Below the pieces are notes generated by a model that was not told the DNA's origin, did not search any database, and saw only the letters and a list, made by a program, of their open reading frames with translations. Shown here one piece after another: positions 17,290-26,859 of a stretch of DNA of 47,670 bases. The translations under genes were made by a program, and so were the position numbers. The stretch is from the IMG/VR virus record IMGVR_UViG_3300011403_000017, positions 1 through 47,670 of that record; one strand, given 5' to 3'. The first letter of the stretch is position 1; each line of letters begins with the position of its first letter. The stretch is from a virus. Its lineage: Duplodnaviria; Caudoviricetes.

Positions 17290-18435
17290 TTACTCTCCAA
17301 ACAATGCAGTCTTAATCGTCGGATTCGGTATCTTCTTTGTCACTAGTCCATAATACGTATCATGTCTCGGTGGCCCAGTAGGTGGAGCCGCAATGCCCAC
17401 ACCTGGTACTACAAATATTCCTGGCAAATTTGGTATATCTGGATCTGGTTCAGGATCAGGAGATGGATCAGGAGGTGGATCACCCTCATACCACGGTGGA
17501 TATACGTAATTTACGAATACCTTGAATTTATTAATCCGACCTTCATTAATGATAGTTCTCGAATATACACCATATACAGGTATTAAGTCTGACGTATCAT
17601 CATTTACTGATGCCCACCAAGCAAATCCCCACTTATAAGCCAACAAATTAGCGCGTGTCCAAGCTGTTTGATCAGGATATGTTCCCGTATCAGGATCTAA
17701 ACCAGCACTAGCCTGTCGCCATGTAATTTCATCATCTATGAAATCATTGTTATAGGTATCACCGACCCACCCATCTGGCGGTCCAATCAAAGAATTCCAT
17801 TCTCCACTCGCATGACCACCATTAACTGTAATTGATGAAAATTTAACGCCAACACTCCAATCTGGTGTATGTCCTACCGGTCGTCCAAATAGATGAATAC
17901 TTGGTTGACGTTTAGCATCCCATCCCTCACCATCTGTATGAGCAATAACTCTATATCGTATAGCTGTGTTTAATGCCGTTGGAATAGCTGTTGCTGGTAA
18001 GAAATCTGAGGGTAAAGTAAAATCACCAATATGACTAATTTCCTGTTCGCACAAGAAATGATGTGATCCATCTATCGGTAAATCATGCTTCGCCCAAGTA
18101 TACTCTGTTCCATCAAAGAATGTATGAGAAACTGTATGTCCAGTTGAAAAATAAGCCTTCCTACTTGCTACATGACCTGACAATGATAATGCAGTTACTT
18201 GTGCTGTGTAGTCCGTATCATCTTGTAAATCTTCTGCTCCCATTATATTCTGCGGCACAAGAAATTCACGTAGAGCAGTGTTGTAATACTGGTTACTAAC
18301 CAGAAAATGAGTCGGATTGTCAGTTTCCCAAAGTTGAATATACCAACCGAAAATATCACTACCACTATGAGTCCATGTCAAAGTGTAATGGTAACTAAAA
18401 GCCCACGCAGCAGTCAGAAAAGGTACATCAGTCAT
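17290..18435 (-). CDS. Tail-associated protein (Trp/Tyr/Asp-rich, FN3-like N-terminus, PD-repeat linker)
   Basis: LTWTHSG..DDTDYTAQVTAL; DPPPDPSPDPEPDPD linker; AT-richer than its neighbours. Confidence 0.55.
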   Translation of the reverse strand: MTDVPFLTAAWAFSYHYTLTWTHSGSDIFGWYIQLWETDNPTHFLVSNQYYNTALREFLVPQNIMGAEDLQDDTDYTAQVTALSLSGHVASRKAYFSTGHTVSHTFFDGTEYTWAKHDLPIDGSHHFLCEQEISHIGDFTLPSDFLPATAIPTALNTAIRYRVIAHTDGEGWDAKRQPSIHLFGRPVGHTPDWSVGVKFSSITVNGGHASGEWNSLIGPPDGWVGDTYNNDFIDDEITWRQASAGLDPDTGTYPDQTAWTRANLLAYKWGFAWWASVNDDTSDLIPVYGVYSRTIINEGRINKFKVFVNYVYPPWYEGDPPPDPSPDPEPDPDIPNLPGIFVVPGVGIAAPPTGPPRHDTYYGLVTKKIPNPTIKTALFGE

Positions 18436-20393
18436 GGTAGGGAAGCAGCTTCTAACGCACCAAGTACTAGCTTATTCGTTTCAATTAACGTCGCAGCACT
18501 CATCTTCGCATCAAATATCCACCTGGCCCATCTAACATTCTTTGCATCCAATCCATTTGCATAGTCACAATGCAACATATGATGCCTTACAGGTGGGGGA
18601 AGCGTCATCCAGATTTTCTTCGATAGGCTATCATTCACCAGTTGGATATAACGAAAGTCATTCCTAGTCATACCCATCCAGTAGTCTTCAATCTTCCAAC
18701 TCAACTCTGGACGCGCATATGTACCATTGAAAATCATCAAACCTGACCAATCCGCGACTAACAGAAAGTCAGTATTCACTCCACCTGAGTCCAGAACTGT
18801 AGCGATTCCATGAACAGGAGCACCAACTCCTTGATCCAATGTCTCAGAAGTCCAAGTAGCCGGTTCATCGCTATTATCCGAATACGCGTACGTTCTAGTC
18901 TTCTTAAACAGGTATAACACGTCCCTAAATTCTTGGCAATTAGTCAATGGATTGCCATCTAGAGGCGCTATCAGCAGTCCGTCTACTTTACTAAACGCCT
19001 CCGGTTCACCAGGAAACGACACTCTAGCCACTGAACGATTATCAGGCTTCGTAGTGTCTGGCGTACCATCATCCTTCTCAGGATACGTAGGATCACCCAC
19101 AAGAACCATCCTACTATGGTACGTGTTGAGATTTACACCAGCTGGAATCTGACTAAAATTGTCAGTAAGATGACTAGCATCAGATAAAAGATCAGAATCG
19201 TAATAATCGACAATCTTGAAGGTAGTTGTGTTATCTTCAAGAGTCCCCTTCGGAATGAAGAAGAACTGATATCCTTTTTGATCTCCATTGTACTCAGGAA
19301 TCCACTTCGTACTCACCAAGTGACGCTTCTTGACGTGCGCGTCTGGACTGACTGGAATATTCGATACTTTGATTGACTTACGCGTATCTACGTACGTCTG
19401 TCCACCAAAATTCTCCGGTCCCGGAGCACTAAGATAGCCAGTATCAGTCTCGTATACAACTCCCACAAGATGAAATCCAAAGTCACAGAATCCTGGTGGG
19501 TCAGTCTCTACCTGCTGTACTAGTAATCCATCAGTCACAGGAGCAGCTGTACCACCTGGCACGTATGCAGTGACTAGATTATCATCAGCCTTGTTGATTT
19601 TCTTGTCTTTCGTCGTATTATCTGGAATAGTCTCTACAAAGTAGTATGTGTACGTAGTCTGATCAATCTTCCATTCCTCGTACGGAATGACTTTCGTCAT
19701 CACGATAGTTCGGCTCACCGTCCCCACAGGACCGATAGGAATATTGTGAAGTTCTATCTGCTTGTCTCCCGGCGCGTCTACAATCGGAAAGACTTCTGTA
19801 CCCAAAATCCCGTCGTTAAACGACACGGCAACTACATGAAGGCCCTTAGTAACTTCCCCATCATTCTTAGCATTATAAGCAAGAAAAGGTAGCTTACCGC
19901 TATTAATAGGAGGATTGCCAGCAGCTTTCCTAGCTGGAGTACCATCTCCTTTATAGACGTATACAAACTCATTGGCTAATCCAAGTTCGTAATTGATTCC
20001 TTGCGCGTTCACGTAGGACTTGAATGGGGTAATGTACGCATATCCAGCAATAGCCACGAATCCAAAGTCTTCCATCGTAGCTATTTCTAATATTGGCCCA
20101 TGCACCACCGTTGCACTGACTACGTGATAAATCTTTCCTCCCGTAGTCAGGACTAGCAGAGTTTGACCAGTCTGCGTCACATAGTTATAGACCCGTAGAA
20201 TCGAGACTAAGTGCGTAGCCTCATTCTGATACGTGTCAATTGCACTACGAGTCTCTACTCCCGAGTGAAAGTATTGTACGTTGTCAGCTACAGTAAAGTG
20301 GTCACTAGGAGCCGATTCTGGATCTCCACGTTTCCACCACCCCTCAAATTGTTCAATGACTAATGGCTCGTGATCTCTAACACCAGGCATCAA
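18432..20393 (-). CDS. Tail nozzle/DNA stabilisation protein (P22 gp10 / T7 gp12-like)
   Basis: Follows the adaptor. Beta-propeller-type motifs ADNVQY, YHSRMVLVG, SFPGEPEAF, LYLFKK and GLMIFNG. Confidence 0.7.
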   Translation of the reverse strand: MMPGVRDHEPLVIEQFEGWWKRGDPESAPSDHFTVADNVQYFHSGVETRSAIDTYQNEATHLVSILRVYNYVTQTGQTLLVLTTGGKIYHVVSATVVHGPILEIATMEDFGFVAIAGYAYITPFKSYVNAQGINYELGLANEFVYVYKGDGTPARKAAGNPPINSGKLPFLAYNAKNDGEVTKGLHVVAVSFNDGILGTEVFPIVDAPGDKQIELHNIPIGPVGTVSRTIVMTKVIPYEEWKIDQTTYTYYFVETIPDNTTKDKKINKADDNLVTAYVPGGTAAPVTDGLLVQQVETDPPGFCDFGFHLVGVVYETDTGYLSAPGPENFGGQTYVDTRKSIKVSNIPVSPDAHVKKRHLVSTKWIPEYNGDQKGYQFFFIPKGTLEDNTTTFKIVDYYDSDLLSDASHLTDNFSQIPAGVNLNTYHSRMVLVGDPTYPEKDDGTPDTTKPDNRSVARVSFPGEPEAFSKVDGLLIAPLDGNPLTNCQEFRDVLYLFKKTRTYAYSDNSDEPATWTSETLDQGVGAPVHGIATVLDSGGVNTDFLLVADWSGLMIFNGTYARPELSWKIEDYWMGMTRNDFRYIQLVNDSLSKKIWMTLPPPVRHHMLHCDYANGLDAKNVRWARWIFDAKMSAATLIETNKLVLGALEAASLP

Positions 20394-21088
20394 TACCCCC
20401 TAGACTTCCATCCCGCTCTAAAGGGACGATGACGCGTCATAATCTGCTGTTTTCCCTTGTTGTTAATGCCCGTCAATCGCTCCAATGCTCTCTCTGCCTC
20501 TGTAGCCAAAATCCCCGCCCTTGTTTCATTCTCTCCAATGTACATGGCGCAGAGACTAGCAGTCTTATACGCCAAGTAAGACCGCGCATTAATTGCCCCT
20601 ATGACCGACGCGTCATCTGCCGCCTGACTAATGGCTTGTCTGATATACCTCAATTGGATATCACGATCAGACAACGCGCCGTTTGGATTGAACTTGATTT
20701 GCTGGTCTTCCCAACACCAAAAGAGAAGTGACTGACTAGCAGGAAAAGCCTGTAGAAACTCTTTCCTACCCAACATTAGAAAGGGGTCACTACTTCCCGA
20801 GGGTCTTTCTCCTACTTCTTGGAGTTCTACGAGGTCTACAGGATAGTGAGGCAAGTCCGCATGTTCTAGTGGGGTGATTTTATTCATCCCCGCTGTAACA
20901 GTTATGACTGCTGACGTTTGGTTAGTTGGACTGGCATTACTTTCTTCCAGTGACTCCACCAATTCATCAATAGCCATATTCAAGTATGGTAGTTGCGCCG
21001 TGTAAGTATAGTCTGTCTTGGCAGGGTCATTCATTAACGCTGCAGCCCTATCCATGACTTCACCAGCAGTTAATGACGTAGTGCTCAT
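20390..21088 (-). CDS. Head-tail adaptor/tail tubular protein A-like
   Basis: TAGEVMDRAAALMND..YLNMAIDEL..IQLRY..YLAYKTASL pattern; position in the operon. Confidence 0.7.
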   Translation of the reverse strand: MSTTSLTAGEVMDRAAALMNDPAKTDYTYTAQLPYLNMAIDELVESLEESNASPTNQTSAVITVTAGMNKITPLEHADLPHYPVDLVELQEVGERPSGSSDPFLMLGRKEFLQAFPASQSLLFWCWEDQQIKFNPNGALSDRDIQLRYIRQAISQAADDASVIGAINARSYLAYKTASLCAMYIGENETRAGILATEAERALERLTGINNKGKQQIMTRHRPFRAGWKSRGY

Positions 21089-21423
21089 AACGCAGCCAAT
21101 TCTCTTTCCAAAGCCAAAATCTGATTCTTCGTGAACCAGTAATCATTCGTATACGGAATATCTGGCTCTCTACGACCAAAAGCTAATAGAGTAGCTCTAT
21201 TCTGAGTACGCAATTGAGCTAGTTTAGCCTGAATCTGTCCAGGCGTTCCACTAGGAGGTGCCTTAGTCTCTGCCGTTGGCCTGACATACACCCGTTCGGG
21301 CGCGTCTACTACACCCGCTCGATGTAAGGTCAGCAATTCCCAATAGGGATGATTCCACGGAATATTGGATTCTAATCCCCCATACGTCTGTAGAATCTCT
21401 GTGACCTGACTTATCGTACTCAT
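21085..21423 (-). CDS. Hypothetical protein with internal duplication
   Basis: YGGLESNIPWNHPYW and FGRREPDIPYTNDYW. Confidence 0.65.
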   Translation of the reverse strand: MSTISQVTEILQTYGGLESNIPWNHPYWELLTLHRAGVVDAPERVYVRPTAETKAPPSGTPGQIQAKLAQLRTQNRATLLAFGRREPDIPYTNDYWFTKNQILALERELAAL

Positions 21424-21602
21424 TTCGCTTCTTTCACCTTCTTCTCAGCTTCTTCCGCATCTTCCTTCAGAAATTTCTTTCCTAGCTCGTCATGTGCTTT
21501 TGAAGCATCTTCTGCCTGCTTCCTAACTGCATCTCTCTCCTTTCCCCTTCTTTCTTCCTTCTCCTTCAATTTCTGTTCTTCTGGTTTTGTAACTTCAGTC
21601 AT
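21420..21602 (-). CDS. Small charged coiled-coil protein
   Basis: SD ggagga; K/E-rich. Confidence 0.65.
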   Translation of the reverse strand: MTEVTKPEEQKLKEKEERRGKERDAVRKQAEDASKAHDELGKKFLKEDAEEAEKKVKEAK

Positions 21603-21611
21603 TGTATCCTC

Positions 21612-21839
21612 CTATGAAAGTACAAATGCAATCACGCCAGACGTAACAGATGCGGTAATGGTGGTAACACCAGTCAGATCATATTCCTTGATGTTGTCAC
21701 CTACACCAGTTTGAGTCTGAATTTGAAGTGATGGCTGCATCAAATCAAAATTCACTGCTTGCACATTACTTACGACCAGAGCAGTATTCGTCCTGTCTGG
21801 ACCCGTCTTTGCGGTAACTGTAACTTGACCTAGTGGCAT
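21612..21839 (-). CDS. Small beta-rich virion protein
   Basis: SD gagga; V/T-rich; in the structural operon. Confidence 0.65.
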   Translation of the reverse strand: MPLGQVTVTAKTGPDRTNTALVVSNVQAVNFDLMQPSLQIQTQTGVGDNIKEYDLTGVTTITASVTSGVIAFVLS

Positions 21840-21854
21840 TTTCTTCCTCTTTTC

Positions 21855-22547
21855 CTACTGAGCGAACGTAATTCCGAGTTCTTTGGCTCTAACAGGGTCA
21901 GCAATTGCCTTACACGTCTGACAGATTGGAAACAACTGATTTCTCAGGCTTCCACATGCTACACATCGAACCAGTTCTGCAGTCTGCAAGTCTCCAAGCC
22001 ACGGCTTTTGTGTAATATTCAACTGCTTACACGCGAGTCGCGCGTCGTCACTAATCGAAAGAGGATTCCCATTACTTCTCGACCACAGAATGTCTGCAAT
22101 ACGTACAAGTTCGAGAAACCACTTCTTTTGACCTGCCTGAGCTTTCAGCAAGAGTGGAGAATGTTCAGCTTTCAGCTTTGCAACTGTCCATTCACCAGGA
22201 ATATAGAAAATACCAGGCATTTGGTCTGCCATATTACACGCGAGTAGTCCATTTGCGTAATCCCTGACTATTGAGTCCGCAACTTGAATACTGGAGACAG
22301 GAATTTCCAACAAAGGCTGATTCTCGTCTACTTCACGCCACCAACTACTTGGTCCAATGACTAGAAGGGACGGATTTTCAAAGCTCCCCGGAGGAATTTC
22401 AAAGAATCCTGGCGTAATCGTGGCTTTACGCTCTGAAATCGTCTTTGGAAGAATACTAACGACTGTAGACTTGTCCAACGGGTTAATTGGAGCGCGTATA
22501 GTTCTTCTGTTAGTCTGTTGTAACCCAGGAAACTCTCCTACCTGCAT
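21855..22547 (-). CDS. Hypothetical protein with C-terminal zinc ribbon
   Basis: RCVACG..ICQTCK. Confidence 0.7.
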   Translation of the reverse strand: MQVGEFPGLQQTNRRTIRAPINPLDKSTVVSILPKTISERKATITPGFFEIPPGSFENPSLLVIGPSSWWREVDENQPLLEIPVSSIQVADSIVRDYANGLLACNMADQMPGIFYIPGEWTVAKLKAEHSPLLLKAQAGQKKWFLELVRIADILWSRSNGNPLSISDDARLACKQLNITQKPWLGDLQTAELVRCVACGSLRNQLFPICQTCKAIADPVRAKELGITFAQ

Positions 22548-22548
22548 C

Positions 22549-23091
22549 TCAAGACTCCCTTTCGTAGTTTCTCGGCACGACTATAGCCTCTCCGTAAGCT
22601 AATGCGTCACCTGTTTCAGTTTCATCTCCAAAAAGTTCCTCTGCAATCTTGTCTATTCTCTGCTCACGACCCTCTTTCGTAGTGTTTTCTTCACTGTCCG
22701 TGTATTTTCTGAGACTTTTCTTCCCAAGAGCAGCATATAACACATCCACTACGAGCTTTGTGGCGTCCCAAATAGGGGGTAGAGGATTGCCGTGCGCATC
22801 TCTGTAAGCCCAAACAGGCTCGTATGACAATTTCGTGGCTGGCAACTCACGCTGATTTACGTCTGGAACTACGACTAGACGCTCAAGCACGTACAAGTGA
22901 AGAAGATACGGGTATTTCTTTACTTCACGTACTTCTGGGTAAAGCAAGTGAATACCCGTATCCAAAGTAGCAATCAATCTCATCTCTGTCTCGTCGTCAG
23001 CCCACACGATACGGAATATGGGTTGTCCACTAGAAGTGTCCAATCCAAAATGATCGACTAGACGCGCATTCAGAGTTTCGATTGATTCCAA
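22549..23091 (-). CDS. Hypothetical phage protein (~180 aa)
   Basis: TTG start after ggag..agga avoids a 90-nt overlap; FRIVWADDE and YVLERLV. Confidence 0.65.
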   Translation of the reverse strand: MESIETLNARLVDHFGLDTSSGQPIFRIVWADDETEMRLIATLDTGIHLLYPEVREVKKYPYLLHLYVLERLVVVPDVNQRELPATKLSYEPVWAYRDAHGNPLPPIWDATKLVVDVLYAALGKKSLRKYTDSEENTTKEGREQRIDKIAEELFGDETETGDALAYGEAIVVPRNYERES

Positions 23092-23095
23092 TTTC

Positions 23096-23386
23096 CTAAA
23101 CTCCCGAGTTGATGTACCACTTAGCTGTAGCTCTGGAGTACACCATGAAAACAACTCGATTGACAACAGCAGTGATGCCAATCAAGATGTTTCCAGATGT
23201 ACCCAAAACTACAGATCCATCCACAGGAATCAGCATCAAGAATTGACTCTGACCCGGCCCAATACCCGGCACGATGGTATTGATTCCTGTAGTTCCAGTC
23301 ACTTTCACCACGTCTGCTGTAGCACGAATAGACGCAGCACTAGCAACTGTAGTCTCCGATACTTTCGAGATACTTCCTGGAATCAT
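23096..23386 (-). CDS. Putative capsid decoration protein (paralog 2)
   Basis: SD ggaggagg; similar to 23488-23781. Confidence 0.6.
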   Translation of the reverse strand: MIPGSISKVSETTVASAASIRATADVVKVTGTTGINTIVPGIGPGQSQFLMLIPVDGSVVLGTSGNILIGITAVVNRVVFMVYSRATAKWYINSGV

Positions 23387-23487
23387 CTCGCCTCCTCCAC
23401 CATGAGATGAATTATTCGTCTCTCCGAATTGTCACGTCTGATTTCGTCCACGACGTTCTGGAGCAAGGCCCAAATCCCTTGCGTAGA

Positions 23488-23781
23488 TTAACCGACCGCG
23501 TGATACTTCGACGTGATCGTGTTATACACAAGCAACATCGCTTCAGCAGCCACCGATGCCTTGGTGTTGGCGATGTTGTTACCAGCCGTAATACCCGCAG
23601 TTCCCGCAAACACGAGACAAATCATGTGCGGACTCGTCATAGGCGGCGTAATCGTAGTGATTGCCGTGTTACCCGTAAGTACTGTCAATCCAGGTCCGGG
23701 TGCAAGTGTTGCAGCCGATGCCATAGTTGACGTAGGTGCTCCCCAAGGTGTATACCGCTGCCAATCAGATTCTGCAGCCAT
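23488..23781 (-). CDS. Putative capsid decoration protein (paralog 1)
   Basis: Downstream of the MCP and HNH genes; ASAA..TG.T.I.TI.P..NI..VY...T.K pattern. Confidence 0.6.
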   Translation of the reverse strand: MAAESDWQRYTPWGAPTSTMASAATLAPGPGLTVLTGNTAITTITPPMTSPHMICLVFAGTAGITAGNNIANTKASVAAEAMLLVYNTITSKYHAVG

Positions 23782-23783
23782 GT

Positions 23784-24308
23784 CTATCCAACCTTTCCAA
23801 ATTTCAACAAAGCCCTCTTTGCCTTGTATTCCTTATCCTTAATTGCCTTACATTCTCTACATTGTCTCCGTATCTTACCATCAGACTTTGTGTACCAATA
23901 AGTATTCTGTTCGGTGAACTCATGACCATTTATACATTGAGTTACATCAGAATACTTACCACGTGCATTGCCAGCCTCCATTTTATCTTGGATATTTTGG
24001 TTATTATCTCCAAGATAAATATGTGCGGGATTCCAGCAACATCTATTGTTACACGTATGGAGAACATGCAGATAAGTCATTTCAGGAGTGTAATCATGAT
24101 ACATCATGGCCGATAACCGGTGGACATAGTAAAATACATGATCAATCATGATTTGACCATATCCACCGGAATTGGTCCCTGAATATTCCCAACAACCCGT
24201 TTCCAAGTTAATGGAAGTTCTTTCATCTAGAAGTCTTTTTACTTTCTTTCCCCAATCACTATCAGGCTCAGGACTTCCAGATTCAGGTGTTGGAATCATC
24301 ATTTTCAA
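23784..24308 (-). CDS. HNH homing endonuclease with C-terminal Zn-binding module
   Basis: GCWEY..GYG..VHRLS..VLHTCNNRCCWNPAHI..N; CINGHEFTEQNT..CREC; AT-rich. Confidence 0.88.
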   Translation of the reverse strand: MKMMIPTPESGSPEPDSDWGKKVKRLLDERTSINLETGCWEYSGTNSGGYGQIMIDHVFYYVHRLSAMMYHDYTPEMTYLHVLHTCNNRCCWNPAHIYLGDNNQNIQDKMEAGNARGKYSDVTQCINGHEFTEQNTYWYTKSDGKIRRQCRECKAIKDKEYKAKRALLKFGKVG

Positions 24309-24323
24309 ACTCTCCCTAAATCA

Positions 24324-25589
24324 CTAATAACCCGTTGGCACGGCAAGAGAATCTATATAGGAGCAGGCTGCAGGGTTTGAGACGAACGTCTGCATGCCTA
24401 CCACCATGTAGAAGATCTCAGCAGCCGCAACGCCACCACTCGCACCGCGGATTTCGAAAATCTTCCGTCCGTCAGTCGTGTAGAATCCGATGGGGAGAAT
24501 CTCTCCGCGTCCCCACACCTCGTCTACCACGAAGTCAATGCGCGTCTTGTCCCAATTGTACGACGGCTTGACTCCTGCACCTGCCAACTGCATACCTGCC
24601 GACTGCATGTTGTTTCCAAAATACATATTCAGCCCTTCTTCCTTGGCTGTTTTCTGAATAATGGAAACGAGCTGCCCAATTTCCTCATACGCCTGCATCT
24701 GACACGGATGGGTCCACGCGGTAGGATTGAAGCTGTTCTCCATTCCTACACGATTCCCAATCTTGTTGATTGCAAGACGAGGGAGAGGAAGTGTCAATCC
24801 CGCACTCCCGCCATTGACGCGGTTTGCACGAATCTCTGGAGTTGTGCTACGAGAGAATCCGAGCCACGTTCCTGCAGACGCATTACTGTGATGATACGGA
24901 ACTCCAAACAATGCAGGAAGACTAGCAGGAGAAGTCAATCCCGCCGTGACAATCTTATCGCCAGTCAACACGCCAGCGATCTGTGGAGTAATGGAAATAG
25001 TCTTGTTTTCCACGTCCCACAGAGTAATCGTACCCTCACCACGCTTTGTGGCAAGAGTCGTGTCATAGATCTGGACCGTCTGTCCAAAACGGACAAGACG
25101 TGCTCCAAATCCGTCCGTCGTCAGAGTGATGACATTTGCACCACCTGCAGGCGTATCCGTAGTCACAACGCCCAACACGCCGTCACCCGTCTGCATCATC
25201 TGACTGTCCAACTGCCTACGCATCTCGTCGAGAGCCGTAGCAGTCAGCCTTCTCACAGAGTTGACGATGGCTTTACGCGCATCATCAGTAGCCCACTGAG
25301 TAAGTTTCGTATACTCAATGTTCTCGGACAAGAAAACGCAGTTCAGAACTGCCTTGTCAAACGTCGGCCCACCACCTCTACCCAGATCGCCACCGTCTGG
25401 ATTGAAGTACTGGAATGAACCACCGGGACGCAGTTCCAGCGGAACGCGCATCTGCCTGTGACTGATCTTCTCTACGTCACGCTTCTTGATGTTGGCGTAG
25501 AACTTGTCGTCACGCTCAAAAAGTACGCGTACTTTCGGAATGACTTTTTCAAGTTCTAGAGCCGCTACCTGGGACTCTACAACTGCCAT
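24324..25589 (-). CDS. Major capsid protein
   Basis: 421 aa after the scaffold; HK97-type pattern (MRRQLDSQMMQTGDG; C-terminal MQTFVSNPAACSYIDSL). Confidence 0.8.
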   Translation of the reverse strand: MAVVESQVAALELEKVIPKVRVLFERDDKFYANIKKRDVEKISHRQMRVPLELRPGGSFQYFNPDGGDLGRGGGPTFDKAVLNCVFLSENIEYTKLTQWATDDARKAIVNSVRRLTATALDEMRRQLDSQMMQTGDGVLGVVTTDTPAGGANVITLTTDGFGARLVRFGQTVQIYDTTLATKRGEGTITLWDVENKTISITPQIAGVLTGDKIVTAGLTSPASLPALFGVPYHHSNASAGTWLGFSRSTTPEIRANRVNGGSAGLTLPLPRLAINKIGNRVGMENSFNPTAWTHPCQMQAYEEIGQLVSIIQKTAKEEGLNMYFGNNMQSAGMQLAGAGVKPSYNWDKTRIDFVVDEVWGRGEILPIGFYTTDGRKIFEIRGASGGVAAAEIFYMVVGMQTFVSNPAACSYIDSLAVPTGY

Positions 25590-25605
25590 GGTTTCTACCC
25601 TCTTT

Positions 25606-26859
25606 TCAGTCTTTCATCAGGTAATCTAACGTAGTTACGCCCTTTGGAACTTCTTTTCCTGACTTGTATTTTCCACTAGAGGGGGAAGTGGATTTCCCAG
25701 GTGTAATTGGGCCTTTTTTCTCGGCCTTTGTTTCCAACAAATCTTCACTATCTTCCGTCCGTCTACCCTTCATCGCGTCAATTCGTGCCTTTTTGATTAC
25801 GCTAGGCAACAGCGTCTTTGCTTTGCTCAGGTATGCGGACTTTATCCTATCCGTGCTTTCCTTGTCGAAATCCGACTGAAACGCCTTCTCCCACAGCTTG
25901 TCCAACAGCGACCTAAAACGCGCGTCCTTCGATATAAGCGTTTCCAGATTCTCAAATGCCTCTTTCGTCGCGTGAGTCTTCACGTAATCAGACATAGACC
26001 CTTTGGGATCAATATGTCCGTCTATCGTGGATTTCAGGACGTTATCTGCCTTAGTCTGCAAATCGTCCTTTACACCCTCGAACTTCGTGTAGACTAACTG
26101 CTGACGCTGACTCTGTATTTCCTGCTCACGATTCTGTTCTCTTGGGTCTACCTGACGTGCCAACGGTTGATGTGGCTGAAAATTCTGTGACCCAAAGACA
26201 AATTGATTCAGGACGTTTGCCGCTGCTTGGAGAGGCGCACCCTGATCCCCAAGAGCGCGTCCCTCACGCACCATCGTGATTATCGTATCTTTTATGACTC
26301 CACCAAGTACGTGGTAATAAGCCTGTTGATCAACTTTCCGCAGTGTAGGCAAGTAGTTGTCGGCTATCTTGTTGAAAGCCTCTTGACTCTCCTGCTTCGC
26401 CGCGTGTAGAACGATGCTGATATCCCCATTCATTACCTGACGTTCAGTTTGATCAAGAATATTCGCCTTTTCAGCGGCAACCTTAGCGTCTGCAACAGTA
26501 GGAAATGTTTCAGTGAACTGCTGTTCTCTGTAATACGCTTTTTCAAGGTATGGAAAGTCCTTGAACAGCTTTGGGTACTTTGCTAGAATCTCTTTCCTAC
26601 GTACAGGAGTAGTGATTTCTAGTAGGTCTTCTTCCGAGGGAGTAACGAGTTCTTCTTCGATTTCTTTGAGTTCGTCGTCGTCTTCGTCTTCGGTTTTAGC
26701 TGACCCTTCTTCCTCATCTTTTTCCCCCGCCTCAGTCTTACCTATTTCTAGTATTTCTGGCGTTTCTTCCGCATTCAATAGCTCGAAAGTTTCTGTTTCT
26801 TCGCCCGAGCCACTTCCAGCGTCTTCTGGAGCATACAAGTTATTGAATAGTAGGTTCAC
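25606..26859 (-). CDS. Capsid scaffolding protein
   Basis: Acidic N-terminus, helical body, basic C-terminus; between portal and MCP. Confidence 0.7.
   Translation of the reverse strand: MNLLFNNLYAPEDAGSGSGEETETFELLNAEETPEILEIGKTEAGEKDEEEGSAKTEDEDDDELKEIEEELVTPSEEDLLEITTPVRRKEILAKYPKLFKDFPYLEKAYYREQQFTETFPTVADAKVAAEKANILDQTERQVMNGDISIVLHAAKQESQEAFNKIADNYLPTLRKVDQQAYYHVLGGVIKDTIITMVREGRALGDQGAPLQAAANVLNQFVFGSQNFQPHQPLARQVDPREQNREQEIQSQRQQLVYTKFEGVKDDLQTKADNVLKSTIDGHIDPKGSMSDYVKTHATKEAFENLETLISKDARFRSLLDKLWEKAFQSDFDKESTDRIKSAYLSKAKTLLPSVIKKARIDAMKGRRTEDSEDLLETKAEKKGPITPGKSTSPSSGKYKSGKEVPKGVTTLDYLMKD

Noticed and set aside
12875-18435. Diversity-generating retroelement or invertible tail cassette
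   Set aside because: No reverse transcriptase, recombinase or TR/VR repeat pair was found.
23387-23487. Ribozyme in the spacer between the decoration paralogs (GTC-GTG-GAC-GAAA on the minus strand)
   Set aside because: The upstream CUGANGA core is absent; only short hairpins are present.
24708-25418. Long antisense ORF (236 aa), and likewise 31922-32665 (247 aa) and the many short shadow ORFs
   Set aside because: They lie opposite well-supported capsid, terminase or other genes, lack motifs or SD sequences, and are expected from codon bias.
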